Assembly: GCA_965153285.1 (NCBI GenBank)
Contig: OZ229116.1
DNA: 64,000 nt
DNA from: Podarcis tiliguerta
Taxonomy: Eukaryota
Strand: one strand, 5' to 3'
This document shows positions 25,333 to 38,894 of this stretch, one piece after another. The notes beneath the pieces are model-generated. The model was not told the origin of the DNA. It ran no database searches and was given only the letters and a program-made list of their open reading frames with translations. The position numbers and the translations under genes were made by a program. Numbering within the stretch: the stretch's first letter is position 1; the number at the start of each line of letters is the position of its first letter.

Positions 25333-27456
25333 AACTAGCTGATATTCCTTTTTCTCTACCTACTCTTCTTCACCATATTTTTGTTCAGCGAGTAGCTGAA
25401 ACTTCTTCATCCAACGCAGTTGCAGTCACTCAGCCCAATGCTCAAACTTCTTGGTTTTCAACTTCTTTAATTCTACCAGAGTTGGGAATTGTCTGCTATC
25501 AAATGCATGTCTTTCAACATAGAAATCACAGAGCTTACAAAACAGGTCTCTGTACATCTTTATCTGTTTTGTTTTGTTTTGTTTGAGAGTACAGAACTAA
25601 TTTCCAAATATTTTTTCAGCCTGGAAGTAATGTTTTATGTAACAGATGGGGCATACTATTTTTGAGGTGGAATGCCAGACAAAGGAGATGAGTTTCTATT
25701 CTGGATGACCAAAGCTCTCTCCAGAAATTGGGTAGGAAAGGAAGGGGAGGAGGAAAATGCAAGAAGGGGTTGAACTATAGCTGATGCTTCTGTATAAGCT
25801 TTCTGCAGTTATTTGAGATTGGACACGTGTAAACTTCATTTGTCATGTGAGAGTAACTGTAATTCCGCTGCAACGTTTGGCAAACAGAAAAATGTTTGTT
25901 TTCCGTTTTGTTTGTTTATCAAATTTGTTCCCTCAGAGAAGTCAAGGCAGCATACACAGAGTTATCCCTGTGTTTTTATTAAAATTGGTAAATTATGACA
26001 GAAAAGGAAATCATTTGCATGCAGACAAAAGGAAATAATGAAGAAAAAACCCCCTCTAAAATAGTATGTAGCATAAGATCAAGCAAGAGAAGACACAATT
26101 ACAATATTTTCATTTGGTGAGTCCGTACGTGAATTCCTTAGTTATCTCATTTCATCTTTCCAACAACCATTTGAGGCAGGCTACTCTGAAAGAGGAAGTA
26201 CGTTCAAAAGGTATGGCGATATTCATTAGGATAGATAGCTTTAATAAAGCACTATGAGAACTCAGGAAGGAGAAGTATTTCAGTCTGGTGGTGCTGTCCC
26301 CCTAGAATTTAAAACCTCATGGGTAAGTGGGGAGTATGTGACTCTGGTGTGAAAAGTGGGATTGTGTTCCCTTGAGAGAAAATGAGAACTGATGTGATTG
26401 AATGTAAGAAATAGCAGCAGATGGTGGAAACCAGTTGGTGATCTTGTTCTCCCTGAAGGGCTTCTGTTTCAGCTAACAGAAGGGGAAAGCAGACAGCTTT
26501 TGCAGATTTTCCCTCTCCCGTGCAGTTGCCAGCACCCCCTAAAAACTGAGTTGAGGAACCTTCCAGAACAGGGTTGAAGGTGGCATGGAGATATGGAGGT
26601 GGAAAGGAGAACTGGCAAAAACGCCCTCCCCTCTCTTTTTATTAGCAGAGGTGTCCACTGGATCAAAAGCCATGGTATCCACTGGATCAAAAGCGACAGG
26701 GCACTAACTGATTCCTCACAATACTCTAGGTAGAAAAGCTTCAGAAGAAGTTTGTAGAAAACCTTAAAGTAAGCCTGAAGAAGTCTGTGCAAGAGCAAGT
26801 TAGATAACCAGCTATGAGGCCATGAAGGCTAACCCCGAAGCCGGTGGAGTGCTGTAGTCAATAGCTGAGAATCAGAACAAGGGGACGCTAGAAACTGGTA
26901 GTTTTGAGGAGACATCGACAGGTGTGTGTTGGTTGAAGATGAAGCATCGTCTTGGAGTTCAGGATCTGTCTAGTGCAGAGTGGCAGATACTCTGTTCCTT
27001 GCTTCCATTTATGGTTGTAATGTTAAGGGAAACCTGTCTGTGTTTTGTACATTCCAGTTCACCAGAGTCAGGAGCAGTTCCAGTCTAGGTTTTACAAAAA
27101 GCTCAGGAGCTCTTGACATGGGACCTGAGGCATTTGAAGAGAGATTTCTGGTGGGCTTTTCCCATGTCCTATATGTGTGTGTTAGAGTTTGTTCCAATTA
27201 AAGTCATTTTGTCACCATCAGTCGAGTAAAGAGTTGATCTTACAGTGGTATGCTTGCATATTGCAAATAAATTAGGGCCCCTCCGGGCATCTTTCTCTTT
27301 CATAATGACTTGTGTGCATGATGATATTGGGATGGCTATACACGATCTTGCTTTCAATATTGCACCTGCAAACGTTACAGGACAGACATAGTTCTTCATT
27401 TCCAATCAGTGCGTGTCCCATAGCTTTCTGCTGAAATCCTGTTACAAATGTAACAT

Positions 27457-27477
27457 GTTTGTTTGTTTGTTTGTTTG
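27457..27477. repeat. (GTTT)n microsatellite
   Basis: Seen directly. Confidence 0.9.
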
Positions 27478-28593
27478 CTCCTTCTTTTGTTGCACTGTAG
27501 TGCAGGTGTGTCCCTCCAAACAGCAATAATGTGGTAACATTGTGGAAGCATTACAGAAACACTAATGAAATGGAAAGATGTGTGGATGGTCCAGTATAAA
27601 TCCACCTGTAATACACTGATGATATGGCAGATTACACACACAAACACACCAAACAAACAAGCCAAACAAAACCAGCTTGGAGGGCCCCTCAGACATTACA
27701 AAGACAGCCTAATTCCCCCAATGCTCTCTCATCCAAACTAAATCTGTTATCACTGTCCTCTGGAATAGCTAATGCCTAGTGGAAGAACAGACAATGTAAC
27801 AGTATGTTTTCTTGTGCATTTCGGTTTTAAAAAAAAATGTATTTCACTGTGTTGTGGTAGAAAGGATTTTGTGGGTGCTTCCAAACCCAGACATTTAAAA
27901 TATGCCCTGAATTGGTGTGCCTTACTGCTGCAAGCCACGTGGAGATTCCTTCTAATGCAAAACGATTAGCAGGATCAATCCAAGGGGTACAGGCCAAATC
28001 AGAAATTGTAGCACTAAAGCATGCAGTAGTACGTCTTCTTTAGATATTCACTCTCTGCTTAGTGCCACAGGCATTGGAAAACTTCCACCTAGACACAGCC
28101 TGAGAGTCTGATTTGAGTGTTTGAGATGAGCTTTACCTAGGTTTTAAATTTCTTTTCCATGCATGAAGGTTTCTCAGCATTGACATGCCTCCCCGCTCCT
28201 TTTGATGAACTTTAACCACTTCTGTTTTAAAATTACTTACTAGTCCAGCTGTTTTAAAATTCTGCTGTCTGATCACTACCCTGTGCACTTTTGCTCTGCA
28301 ATTTTATTTGCTACAAATGATCAAATCATTCTGTGGTTTTTCTTGGATCATGGAAATAAATAAATTGGATAGTGTCAAGGGCAGAAAGCACTGAAAATGG
28401 ACAGGCAATCAAAAGTCAAATTCAGTAGAAAATACAGGTGAAAATAGCTAAACAGTGATCACGAAGAACATAGAACAATGTGTCATTGCTATCAAAATAC
28501 CGAAATGTGAAAGAGAAAAGTTGCTCACAACTCTGGTACAAAATGTCATGTTCCTGTGATCATTTTATTTACTTGGTTGTAAACATTTGATAA

Positions 28594-28956
28594 GGGACGC
28601 GGGTGGCGCTGTGGGTAAAACCTCAGTGCCTAGGACTTGCCGATCGCATGGTCGGCAGTTCGAATCCCCGCGGCGGGATGAGCTCCCGTCTTTCGGTCCC
28701 AGCTCCTGCCCACCTAGCAGTTCGAAAGCACCCTTAAGTGCAAGTAGATAAATAGGTACCGCTTTCTAGCGGGAAGGTAAACAGCGTTTCCGTGTGCTGT
28801 GCTGGTGCTGGCTTGCCAGAGCAGCTTCGTCACGCTGGCCACGTGACCCGGAAGTGTCTCCGGACAGCGCTGGCCCCCGGCCTCTTAAGTGAGATGGGCG
28901 CACAACCCTAGAGTCGGACACGACTGGCCCGTATGGGCAGGGGTACCTTTACCTTT
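28594..28956 (+). mobile_element. Full-length Sauria SINE (Squam1)
   Basis: A box TGGCGCTGTGG 28604, B box AGTTCGAATCC 28657, BovB-related AGAGTCGGACACGACT 3' part, (ACCTTT)2 tail, TSD AAACATTTGATAA on both sides. Confidence 0.95.
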
Positions 28957-29595
28957 AAACATTTGATAAATTACATCAGCCAAATGGAATATTTACTTTC
29001 AGAAATTGATGACTTTATTTCCTGAGAGTGTGTGACCTCTCATGCATGTATGTAGAGCAGGCTATTGTTTTTCTCTGGTAAAGTTAGTTTTCTCAGTCTG
29101 TTTTGCTAAGAGAAGTGAACTTCACGTAAGCCTTCTGCTTAGGTGGATACTTAATGGTGGTTATACCACTATGACAAAATCTTGTTGTAAGTGATTATTA
29201 CATGACAAAGCAGTAAAGCAGTTTATTACTAGAAGCTGTAAATTATATTCATTGTGTTGTGTTTGAGTAGCATTCTTTTGGCATAATGTGTTCAGCTCTC
29301 AACCAGTAATCTGAGAACGGACCTATATATGGCCAACAGAACTAAGTTACCATTAATACTCTTTGTATTAACTTGTCGGAGAGCATATCCTCTTCCAGTG
29401 CATATGGTTTATCATTGATAATTTTACTTACATGTTGACTTCCAGTGCAGTAAAATTACTGCCTGCAGGCCCAGTTACAGACCACAAATGACTAGAGAAT
29501 AAATAATATTGCTAGTATGATAATCTCTTACAGTTGGTATTTGGCTTTCCTGTGATATAGCAGCAGTGGAAGTTTCTGTTAGCAAGATTCAAGTA

Positions 29596-30075
29596 CAGTG
29601 GTACCTCGGGTTACAGACACTTCGGGTTACACGATTTCAGGTTACGGACTGCAGGAAACCTGGAAGTACAGTGGTACCTCGGGTTAAGCACTTAATTCGT
29701 TCTGGGGGTCTGTTCTTAACCTGAAACTGTTCTTAATCTGAAGCACCACTTTAGCTAATGGGGCCTCCTGCCGCCGCACTGCCGGAACCCGATTTCTGTT
29801 CTTATCCTGAAGCAAAGTTCTTAATCTGAAGCACTATTTCTAGGTTAGCGGAGTGTGTAGCCTGAAGCGTATGTAACCTGAAGTGTATGTAACCCGAGGT
29901 ACCACTGTACTGGGTTTCGCTGCATGCACAGAAGTGCTAAATCATGCTTTGTGCATTTGCAGAAGTGCCAAATCGCGTCACGTGCATGTGTGGACGCAGC
30001 GCTGCAGGTTACAAACGCTGTGGGTTGTGGACGTGCCTCCGTCATGGATTATGTTCTCAACCCGAGCTTCCACTG
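29596..30075. mobile_element. Tigger-like MITE (outer element, interrupted)
   Basis: TIR CAGTGGTACCTCGGGTT / AACCCGAGCTTCCACTG; TA TSD at 29594 and 30076. Confidence 0.85.
29669..29907 (+). mobile_element. Tigger-like MITE (inner, nested; same family as 13591)
   Basis: Perfect TIR CAGTGGTACCTCGGGTTA; TA TSD at 29667 and 29908. Confidence 0.92.
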
Positions 30076-30488
30076 TATTTTGAAACAAAAGGGTAGGATG
30101 CTTCTTTCAAAAACTGTTTTGCCAGAAAATAATTTTTGTTGGTTTACTTATTTCCCACTGTCTAGCAAAATTAATATATGTGATACGTGTGTATCGCAAA
30201 TGAGTTCCCTTCTGTTTGGTAGGATTCTGGTTAGTTGCAATTCATTTAATGTTGAGATTACATAAATGTAGGGAGCTTGAGACTAACTTGAATTTGAACT
30301 GAACATATTCCTTAGAATTGTAGGCAGTAGCATTATGGTAGTGCAGTAGGGTTGTCCACAGTGATCCCTGCCTGGTTTTCAGTTTCTGTTATCTTCCCTC
30401 TCTTTCTCACCCCCCTCCTCTTTCTTCTCTGCACTTCATTTTAAAAAATCTGCAAGAATTGCACAGCTTTCCTGAACTTTTCTATTTC

Positions 30489-30514
30489 TATTTTATTTTA
30501 TTTTATTTTATTTA
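30489..30514. repeat. (TATTT)n simple repeat
   Basis: Seen directly. Confidence 0.85.
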
Positions 30515-31379
30515 AATGTATATTTAAGTGTTACTCTTCTACAGCTCCGAAAGATATGTATTAAATATGCCTTAATTCCCTTGTACCTCCAGCAATGCAT
30601 GTTTCAGCCAAAAAAATTGCTAATTGTGTGCGGCGTACCATTGGAATATTGTTTTAGGTTTGTTCTCCTTCAGTTCCCTTTTTCTTTTAAAAAGCTCTTG
30701 ATTTGTAAAGCCTTCTTTGAGCTATTTACACACGATATTTCAAAACCATAACCTAACATAAGCATAAACGTGAACAGTATCAAAAGCAAAATAATTAGAG
30801 TGTATACGTAAAATGAGCAGAACACAAGATCTAGAGCAATGAAAGTTCCAGTCATACTTGCAAAGAAAGCGAGTGCTAGAGAAGTGACAAATAAGGCATC
30901 ATACACGGAACACCTCTGAATGTGAACTATAGAGCCATGTCGCGAGGCAGAACTTGCAAGGCTTTAACATGCATGTATCATTTTATATTTCTGGGAGTTT
31001 GCTGCTGATCTAGCAAGGCTCCTGTCATACTAATTAGACCCCAAATAAGCAGAAAGGCCTTTGCTGCAGCTCTGCCCACGATAGCTTTAATTTGGTACAT
31101 AAGCTTCTTGAACCTGAGAATATCCCACACTTTGTGAAATCATTGGACTAATAATAATAATAATAGTTAGTCACTTTTTTCCACAGAATTTAGGGTGTGC
31201 ATGAGGAGTTCCAGTTTTTAGGTATAAATACGGAAGGGTGGATGTTTACTTAGATATCACCCTATTGATGTTAACTTTCCTGCGTTAATTGTTCCTTATG
31301 TGATAATGGAAAACTTACATGATGCACAATTTACTTCATTTTGCATTTTTAGATTTCTCACTACTATAGTTTTGTGACT

Positions 31380-31780
31380 AAATCTGAGTCGCGAACAAAG
31401 ACAGTACTCCAGAACTATGCAAAATGGGTCGGATTTCTTTCCAAAGTCATTTCTTGTAGCAGATGAACATGAAGTTGCACGATTTGCTTGCATACACACT
31501 GAAAGTGTCTCAGCTCAGCACAGACCTGCACTAAATATCGAATCTAGTGCCAACACACTTTCATGTCTGATTGACAGATGTGTGTATCTACTCAGCATCT
31601 TGCTAGACAGAACAAAAGAAGTATGGTTTCTAGGTGAATATGTGCCTAGCTAACTGGTATGATCGCTACGAAACGTAATTATTCATTTCCCGTACCGTGT
31701 GCCTTTAATAATTAGCAACACACAGGAAAGGGACAGTTCCAGAGTTAACACCCATTTGCGGGTTTCAAATTTGAAGTAAC
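31380..31780. promoter_or_regulatory. Candidate conserved non-coding element
   Basis: TGATTGACAG at 31568, TAATTA sites and many retained CpGs. Confidence 0.45.
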
Positions 31781-32049
31781 TTGAATTGTTCAAAAGCCTT
31801 GAAGCAAAATACCACAGGCACCCTCCTAAAAGGTGACCATATTTTGTCTACAAGGCAGGTTTAGAAATAATTTTTCCAGGGGAATTAGTGTCTATCATGG
31901 TTCTACTCTAGAGGTAAGTATATGGTTAGTAACTTTCAATGCAAGATTGGCAAACTATATTAGTGTGTAACCAGAAGAAATAAATTGGAAAATATTTCAT
32001 GGTTAATTTTCTAAATTGCCTTCATTTTTATTACTTGACTTCATTTTTA

Positions 32050-32215
32050 CCCCGGGCCCAAATCAAACTTCTGGTTTTGACCTATGAAGCCTTAAACAGC
32101 TCAGGACCACAATATCTCATGGTCTACCTCTTCCCATATGAACCGACCCAAACCCTGCAATCATCATGTGAGGCCCTTTCTTGCATGCCTCCACCTTGCA
32201 TGTCTGGAAGGTGGT
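32050..32215 (+). mobile_element. L2 LINE ORF2 C-terminal fragment
   Basis: Translates RAQIKLLVLTYEALNSSGPQYL...PYEPTQTLQSS, matching the L2 RIxFKxLxLTYKALxGxxPxYL motif. Confidence 0.75.
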
Positions 32216-32928
32216 GATGTTTAGAAAGATGCTGGATGCAGATAGTGAGAGTCATAGGCCTGGCCTAGGTTCACTCTCCAAACTGACTCCTATTCTGGAT
32301 GAAGAATATTTCATAGAGGTCTGGTGGCAGAGAAATAACTCTGTGATACAGCTCAGGAAATGTTTTTTTCAGACAGAAGTCTTAAGGCCCTATGTAATAT
32401 AGAGATCAAACGCCCTCAAGATGAGCAGGTTGATGACATTTCATTGGCAGCCTGTGACATCTAAAAGCTGAACATTGCAGAACCTAATTAGTCTGAACAT
32501 AATTAGTTATAAGAGGTACCTGACAGAGCATCAAATCAGTGCAAAAGATCTTTGGTTGGATTTAGGACCCCTTTGAGGGGTTGGGGATAGAATGAAGAAA
32601 ATTGCATCTGGTGCATTGCAAATGAATGATGCCAAACTTAATTATTAAAGAAGAAACATGAGATCAAGCACAGAGAAATGAGCGTGTGTCTCAGTCTTTA
32701 TGGTTGGAGCACAGCTGTCCTGGACAAAATCTTGACTTTGGTGTGGTAGCATCAAGAGTGACATCAAGAAATGATGGAGATGCAGAAGATACATGAGGAA
32801 AGAACACAGCAGCTGCAGGAAAAAGAGGGGGGAAATGACACTGGGAGTTTGGGTTTGCTCATCTGGAAGAGTCAGAGATGAAGACAGATTTTGAGAGTTG
32901 TTGAAACAGCAAAGCAAATGGAAGAAAA

Positions 32929-33437
32929 ATGGAAGAAGCAAAGATTACCAGTGTTGAAGCAATGATTCTTCAACATCAACTTCGTTGGACTGGTCACGTT
33001 GTGCGGATGCCTGATGATCGTCTTCCAAAGCAATTACTCTATTCCGAACTTAAAAATGGAAAGCATGCTGGTGGTCAACAAAAGAGGTTTAAAGACTGTC
33101 TCAAGGCAAATCTTAAAAAGTGTAGTATAAACACTGACAACTGGGAAACATTGGCCTGCGAGTGCTCCAGTTGGAGAACATCTTTTACCAAAGGTGTTAA
33201 GGGCTTTGAAGACACTCGAACCCAGGACGCAAGGGAGAAACGTGCTAGGAGGAAGGCACGCTTGGCAAATTCACACCATGATCAACTCCCACCCGAAAAC
33301 CAATGTCCCCACTGTGGAAGGATGTGTGGATCCAGGCTTGGCCTCCACAGTCACTTACAGACACATTGTTAAAACCATGTTTATGGAAGACAATCTTCTT
33401 CGGCTATAAGTGATCGCAAAAGAAGAAGAAGAAGAAG
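32929..33437 (+). mobile_element. RTE-clade LINE 3' end (5'-truncated)
   Basis: QLRWTGHVVRMPDDRLPKQLLYSEL, GGQQKRFKDCLK, C-terminal C2H2 finger CPHC...HLQTH; short 3'UTR and (GAA)n tail. Confidence 0.92.
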
Positions 33438-33854
33438 TAAATGTGAATTGGAATGGCACCAACTGAAAAAGAAGCCAGCAGCCGTGGAGTGGCCAGATTT
33501 CCATGTGTCTCTTGATAACACTCCAGTCCAGTGGTAGAGATACCTTACTAACGGACCATGAAAGTTTGTGCTGTAGTGATACTGGTGAGTGAAAACATTT
33601 CTGCTTTATATGTTGCTGTAAGTTGCTCCCCAGTCCTGTAGAACAGCACCCTCTGCCCACAGGGCTAACAAACACCATCTGCCTTGTGGGGGAAAATAAG
33701 AGAGCCGGGGCAGAAAAAAACACACCCTCGGACATGGAGCATTAAAGTGCGGACTTCTGCTTGGAAAGAACAGGGCAAAAGGCAAATGTGTGTATGCCCT
33801 AAACTGGATGGATCTTGGTTGGATACTGTATGGCAGTTCTTATTTTCTTATACC

Positions 33855-33978
33855 GGAGAGAAGAAACTTGTGGCCCTCCAAATGTTGTTGGACTTCAGCT
33901 ATCATCCATGATATCATTAGCCACGCCGGCTAGGACTGGTGGCAGTTGGAGTGCAATAGCATTTGAAGGGCCTCACAA
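33855..33978. mobile_element. Old palindromic hAT-Charlie-like MITE
   Basis: TGTGGCCCTCCAAATGTTG...GCATTTGAAGGGCCTCAC inverted arms. Confidence 0.6.
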
Positions 33979-34884
33979 AGATCTTACACAATAAAGGAAA
34001 AGGAAGGTTTGATTCAGTTTGGGTTTAGTTCAGTTTGACTGCCAGAATGTTATTACTATTCTCCTAAAAGATGTTTCAAGTTCATCCTTAGCAAATATTT
34101 GCTTTGTAAAGGCATGTTCATCGCATTCTGGTCTCCAGTATGTTGATACTAACCCATCCTCAAATCACAGCTGAGCATAAGTAGATAATAGGCTTTATAA
34201 GCTTATTTGTTTTGTTTGTTGGTGCTGTACTGGTGTAATCATAAAGTAAGTTTGAACTTTCATGTCCCTTTATCCTCTAGTGATGGACAAACTTAATGAA
34301 ACAAAGGAATTAATACTAGGATAGGCCTATAAATGTGTTTTTAGGGTCACACTGTATGGATGCTGAGCTCTCAGTTAAATTGGAACATTTGTGTGGGTAC
34401 ACACACATATATGAGTAGTATTAATCAGAGTAGAAGGTGGCAGAATACAGTGGATTTTTAATCCTTTTGCTGTTACAGTTATTGTTGATTCACTGTAGTT
34501 GTGCCTAGGAAAGCATCTTTGTCCAGGTCTGATAGACATACAGTATGTATGAGAGTACTATTTTCCTTTACAGCACAATCAGACACGAAGATACGGTGAA
34601 TAGGATTGGAGTAAATTTCTGTTCTGCTGTATGTGTTAATATCTAGGAATCCCACTGTAATCTCTGTTAGAAATTCTATTGTAATCTCTGCCTCCATTGC
34701 AACAATCAGTTGCAACATGAAATTTCAGTGACTGGATTTCCTGTACTATATATGAAATGAAGATGATTGCATAGAACATAAATGTGCCAGCAAGACAGAT
34801 TTGCATATGGAAGTAGGTCTTCATGTGCAGCATTATGGTTGTCCATTCGCCTTCTGATATTTGCCCTGGTTTTGGAAGACAGAG

Positions 34885-35049
34885 TTAGATCAATGGCTAA
34901 ACTAGCTCAGTACTGCTTACACTGACTGCTAGTGGCTTTTCCAGGATTTCAGATAGGAGTTTTCCCTAGCTTTGGAAATGCCAGGGATTGAACCTGGGAC
35001 TTTCAACATACAAGGCAGATGCACTACCACTGAGCTGTACTTCTTCCCC
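34885..35049 (-). mobile_element. tRNA(Ala)-derived SINE
   Basis: Minus strand AGCTCAGTGGTAG (A box)...GGTTCAATCCCTGGCAT (B box) followed by a non-tRNA body. Confidence 0.75.
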
Positions 35050-38000
35050 AATAGCTCTTTAGACATAGCCTAAAAAATATAGCACTTGAAATGGCTAGTA
35101 ATGTCTTTATGATACGGGTGGGGATGTACATTCCCATTCTGGACCTCTAGTTGTTATATACATATAGAGGAAGATTGGAGTCAAAGAGAGGTAATCTGTG
35201 TAAACAGATTTGGCAAGAATTTACCCAAATGAATTTAATTTTTTCACTTAATGGGACATGAGATACTGTCCACCACAAGTAAAATATAGCACTACTATTT
35301 TGGGATCTTGCAAATGGTGGATAAGTGATCTTGTACAGCTGAATTGATGTATTGTATTCTGTACTATTGAAATGAGCCTTATAAATGAGTTTAGGAAAGT
35401 TACTAGCTCACACATTTTTAATTTTACTAGTCTGTTGAGGGCTGGCCGAGGAGGAAATCTGCTACATTTCTAGAACAGGGGTGTTTGTGTCTTCCATCCT
35501 ATGCTTGGTTTCTGTGCTGGATGCAAGGGAGGGATAGAGCAGCCCATCTCTGCTCTGCCAGCCTGCTCACTTGCCTGTATATAATTCCTTGACCTTTATG
35601 TCTATGACTACCAGGTGAGTGGTTAAATACAAAGCTGCTTTAGACCTATATGCAGTATGTAGAGGATTCAAAATTACAATGAAACAATAGGTGATGAATG
35701 ATACTTGGAGAAAGTGATACAAATGAATAGGGGGAATAATGCCTTGAAAAAACTCTGACCTAACTATTACCCCATGGAGAATGGGAACCTGGTCTGAAAT
35801 TTGTAATATATCCCTGTATAATGTTCCTAGATTATCACCTTCATAATGTAAGAAAGAACTATGTTAAAAGTTAATGAAGGAACTCCAGTGGAACTCTATT
35901 AGAATATTTTTCCCGCCATTAAATGACTGGTACAGACTTTTAATGGATGTTTTAACAAGGCTCTGTTATCCAAAGGACTATTGCTCAAATTGAAATCGGG
36001 CATATAATCAGTGAAGAGAAGCATTTTGGGTGGGAGAATATCAATGAAGTGCAAGTTGGTGGGGGGTGCAGCAGTGGGAAAAGGAAAGAAGCAAGGGTTA
36101 GCCTGTATTTGTAATGACAAACGCCACAAGAATGGAGATGTGTAAACATTTCGCACAAAAATTATGGACAAGCTATCTTGAGAATGATAAACACATTACT
36201 CACACATCTTTAGATACCACTTCAGCTTTCAAAATGAACATGGCAAGGGAGACTTTGTAATCTCCTCTCCCCACTGTTTTGCTACTCTGGGAAACATTTG
36301 TCTTGACTTTTCATCAGACACGCAATTCTGGTGTTACAGGTCAGAATACAGGGAACTGCATCACTATTCTTGCATGACCACTGGGGCTATTGAGTGTGAG
36401 GAAACGGAGGTCAACAGTCTCACTGACCATGCACAAACCTAAACTAGTTCCCTGAATATGGTTATAATCTTTCACTGTCTCATCACCCTCCAGCTGCCCT
36501 ATTCTTTGCAGCAAAATTCATAAGTCCTCACCAGTACCTCTGTGCTTTTCATTTCATTTCTGTTAGAGTCTTTTTATATAGCCCAGTTTGTTTTGTTTTC
36601 CTGTTGATTATTTTAATGTCTTACTTGCACTCCCTCCTTTTCCCCCTTTCCTCCTCATCACTGAAATAAGTATGCTTCTGCTAAAACGGTATTTTCTTCT
36701 CTCACCAAAATAATATCTTTCTCTTTCCTTCATTATATCCTGCATCTTCCAACCTCATTATGGCACAGCTGCAGATTTCAGAAGCCTCTTGACAGACTGT
36801 CCTTCTTGGGTCCCCCAAAGTGCTGAATTGCTCCATATCACAGTGCCAGCATTGGCTAAATTCATGAGCAAGCATATCTGGCAGCCATGGTAGCCTTTAA
36901 TGGGCCAACCATGTGGATAAGCAAGAGGGAGGACAATATTGAGGTGGGCACTTGCAGTAGTGCAGCTATTGCAGGGCATACGTAATAATATTAGCTGGGG
37001 AAGGGCAACATATCAGCCCCACTATGAAAGGTGTTGATACATGGTCTCACATTGCTTCAAGCTTATAGTCATGGGCCATATATTTCCCAGCAATGGCCCA
37101 TACTTACCCACCATTCATTTTCCATCTTGCTAGGTGTTGGTTACTTGCTGGTTACGAATGGCATCATATTGGCCTTAACCCTTTGATACGCTGATATTTA
37201 GCCATATAAAATAACCATATATTTGAAAACTTTGGTTGGTTAACACTTGTGATACCTAAGAAACATTTCTGGTTCTATCTAGATATTCTGGGGTGTTTTT
37301 CTTTTACGGTGAGTTATAAATTAGCGACCACAGAAATAAGAAAGCCAAAGCCCTTCGCTCTTGGTACTAGTAAAAGCTTCATACTGGGCATAAACTGTTG
37401 TTTCTTTTGGAATGAGGGAAGGCCAGCTCTTCTCTGAAAGCACTGAACTGGTTTAATTGAAAGAACAATTTGATTTGCTGCTATAGATGCTGCTCCAGTA
37501 AAACAGCTTGGAATGCTAACAAATTTTTTATTTTCCTCTCCCAAGCCAAGGATTTAGTACTGGCAGGTGAACTTGTGAAGGCTGCTCTCAAATATACAGA
37601 GACAATAACTGTCTTGGAGGTGGAACTTTGTCAATATTTTTTGCCTTGAGCCAAAAAAACATTCAGAATAATGGTGTGCTAAAGTCCTGCTCAAAAATGT
37701 ATCAGCTAGACAAAGGGGAATTTATTCCAACTTTAGGACTGTGTTCTTTCTTAGTCATCTGTATGTTGTAGCATCAACTATCAAGACATTTGAGGATGCC
37801 TGAAGGCATGTTTCTAGTTTCCTTTAAGTGTACATAATGCCAACTATGTTTTTGTTCTAAACAGAAACATTGCCAAGTGTTAGATTCAAACTTTAACTTA
37901 TTACACCCTGAAAGCTATTTGAAGATACCTCTGTATTTTAAATATTAGCCCAACAAAACCATTTATCATTACTTAACTGGGAAATAAAATATTTATAGGA

Positions 38001-38894
38001 GCTTGCCATTTAAATACTTCTATGTTCTTATAGCCTCTAGTGAAGACAAAGTGTGATAACAAAATACTGGGATAAATTGGCAATACATGATAATTTTATC
38101 ATTATAGCAATGAATAAAAATGTGAAGACATCATGCACAGCTATAGAACATTGATACCTCCAACCCAGAAATATAGACAAAGGAAATAAATAAAACTATT
38201 TACACATGAAAAACAGTCTTCACTTCCCCTAATTAGGACTATAAATAGAGCTGAGCGGAATGAAGGTGTTAATGCCTCTCAAAAAGTAGCCCCATTTTTT
38301 TTTGAAATGTGTGTGTGTGGATGCTTCCCTGTTGTTTCAGCGACCGGACCAAATATTCCCTGTTTTGCTGGGAAGTCACAATGAAACTGCTGCAGCATGG
38401 CGAAATAGAAAGCATTGTTGTAGATGCATAGGAGCGCAGATTCTGCATATCCTCATGATATTACAGTTAGTGGAATGTGTGCTTGAATATACATTCCAGT
38501 GCGTATTCTGACCCAAATGGTGTGGGACTTCAGAGTGAGACCAGGTCAGCTTTGTTTGCTCACCACATGAGTGACATGAGCATATTTAACCATGTGATCC
38601 ATGGTTGTGGTGTGCAAGTCCTATTTCTCTTACCTAAAACCATTTGGACTCTGAGGGTTTTCGTTGAATGTTGGTAAAATGTCATGGTTTCCAATGAACA
38701 TGTAACAGGAATGCTTGAAAAGCCCAAGTGAGTGAAGCACCCTAATTTTTCTGCAAGTTTCCCCTGACTTCCTTGAGAAAAATAGGCCTTATGATCGGGA
38801 AGGGTGATGGCTTAAGGCACTTGGGGCAGCTCGTTAGCACACAGGAAAGGTCTTGCAAGGCTTCTCCATAGCTTGGAGCATAAGTTCCTGCTGG

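Noticed and set aside
34975-35049. tRNA-Ala gene on the minus strand
   Set aside because: The cloverleaf is degenerate and continues into a SINE body.
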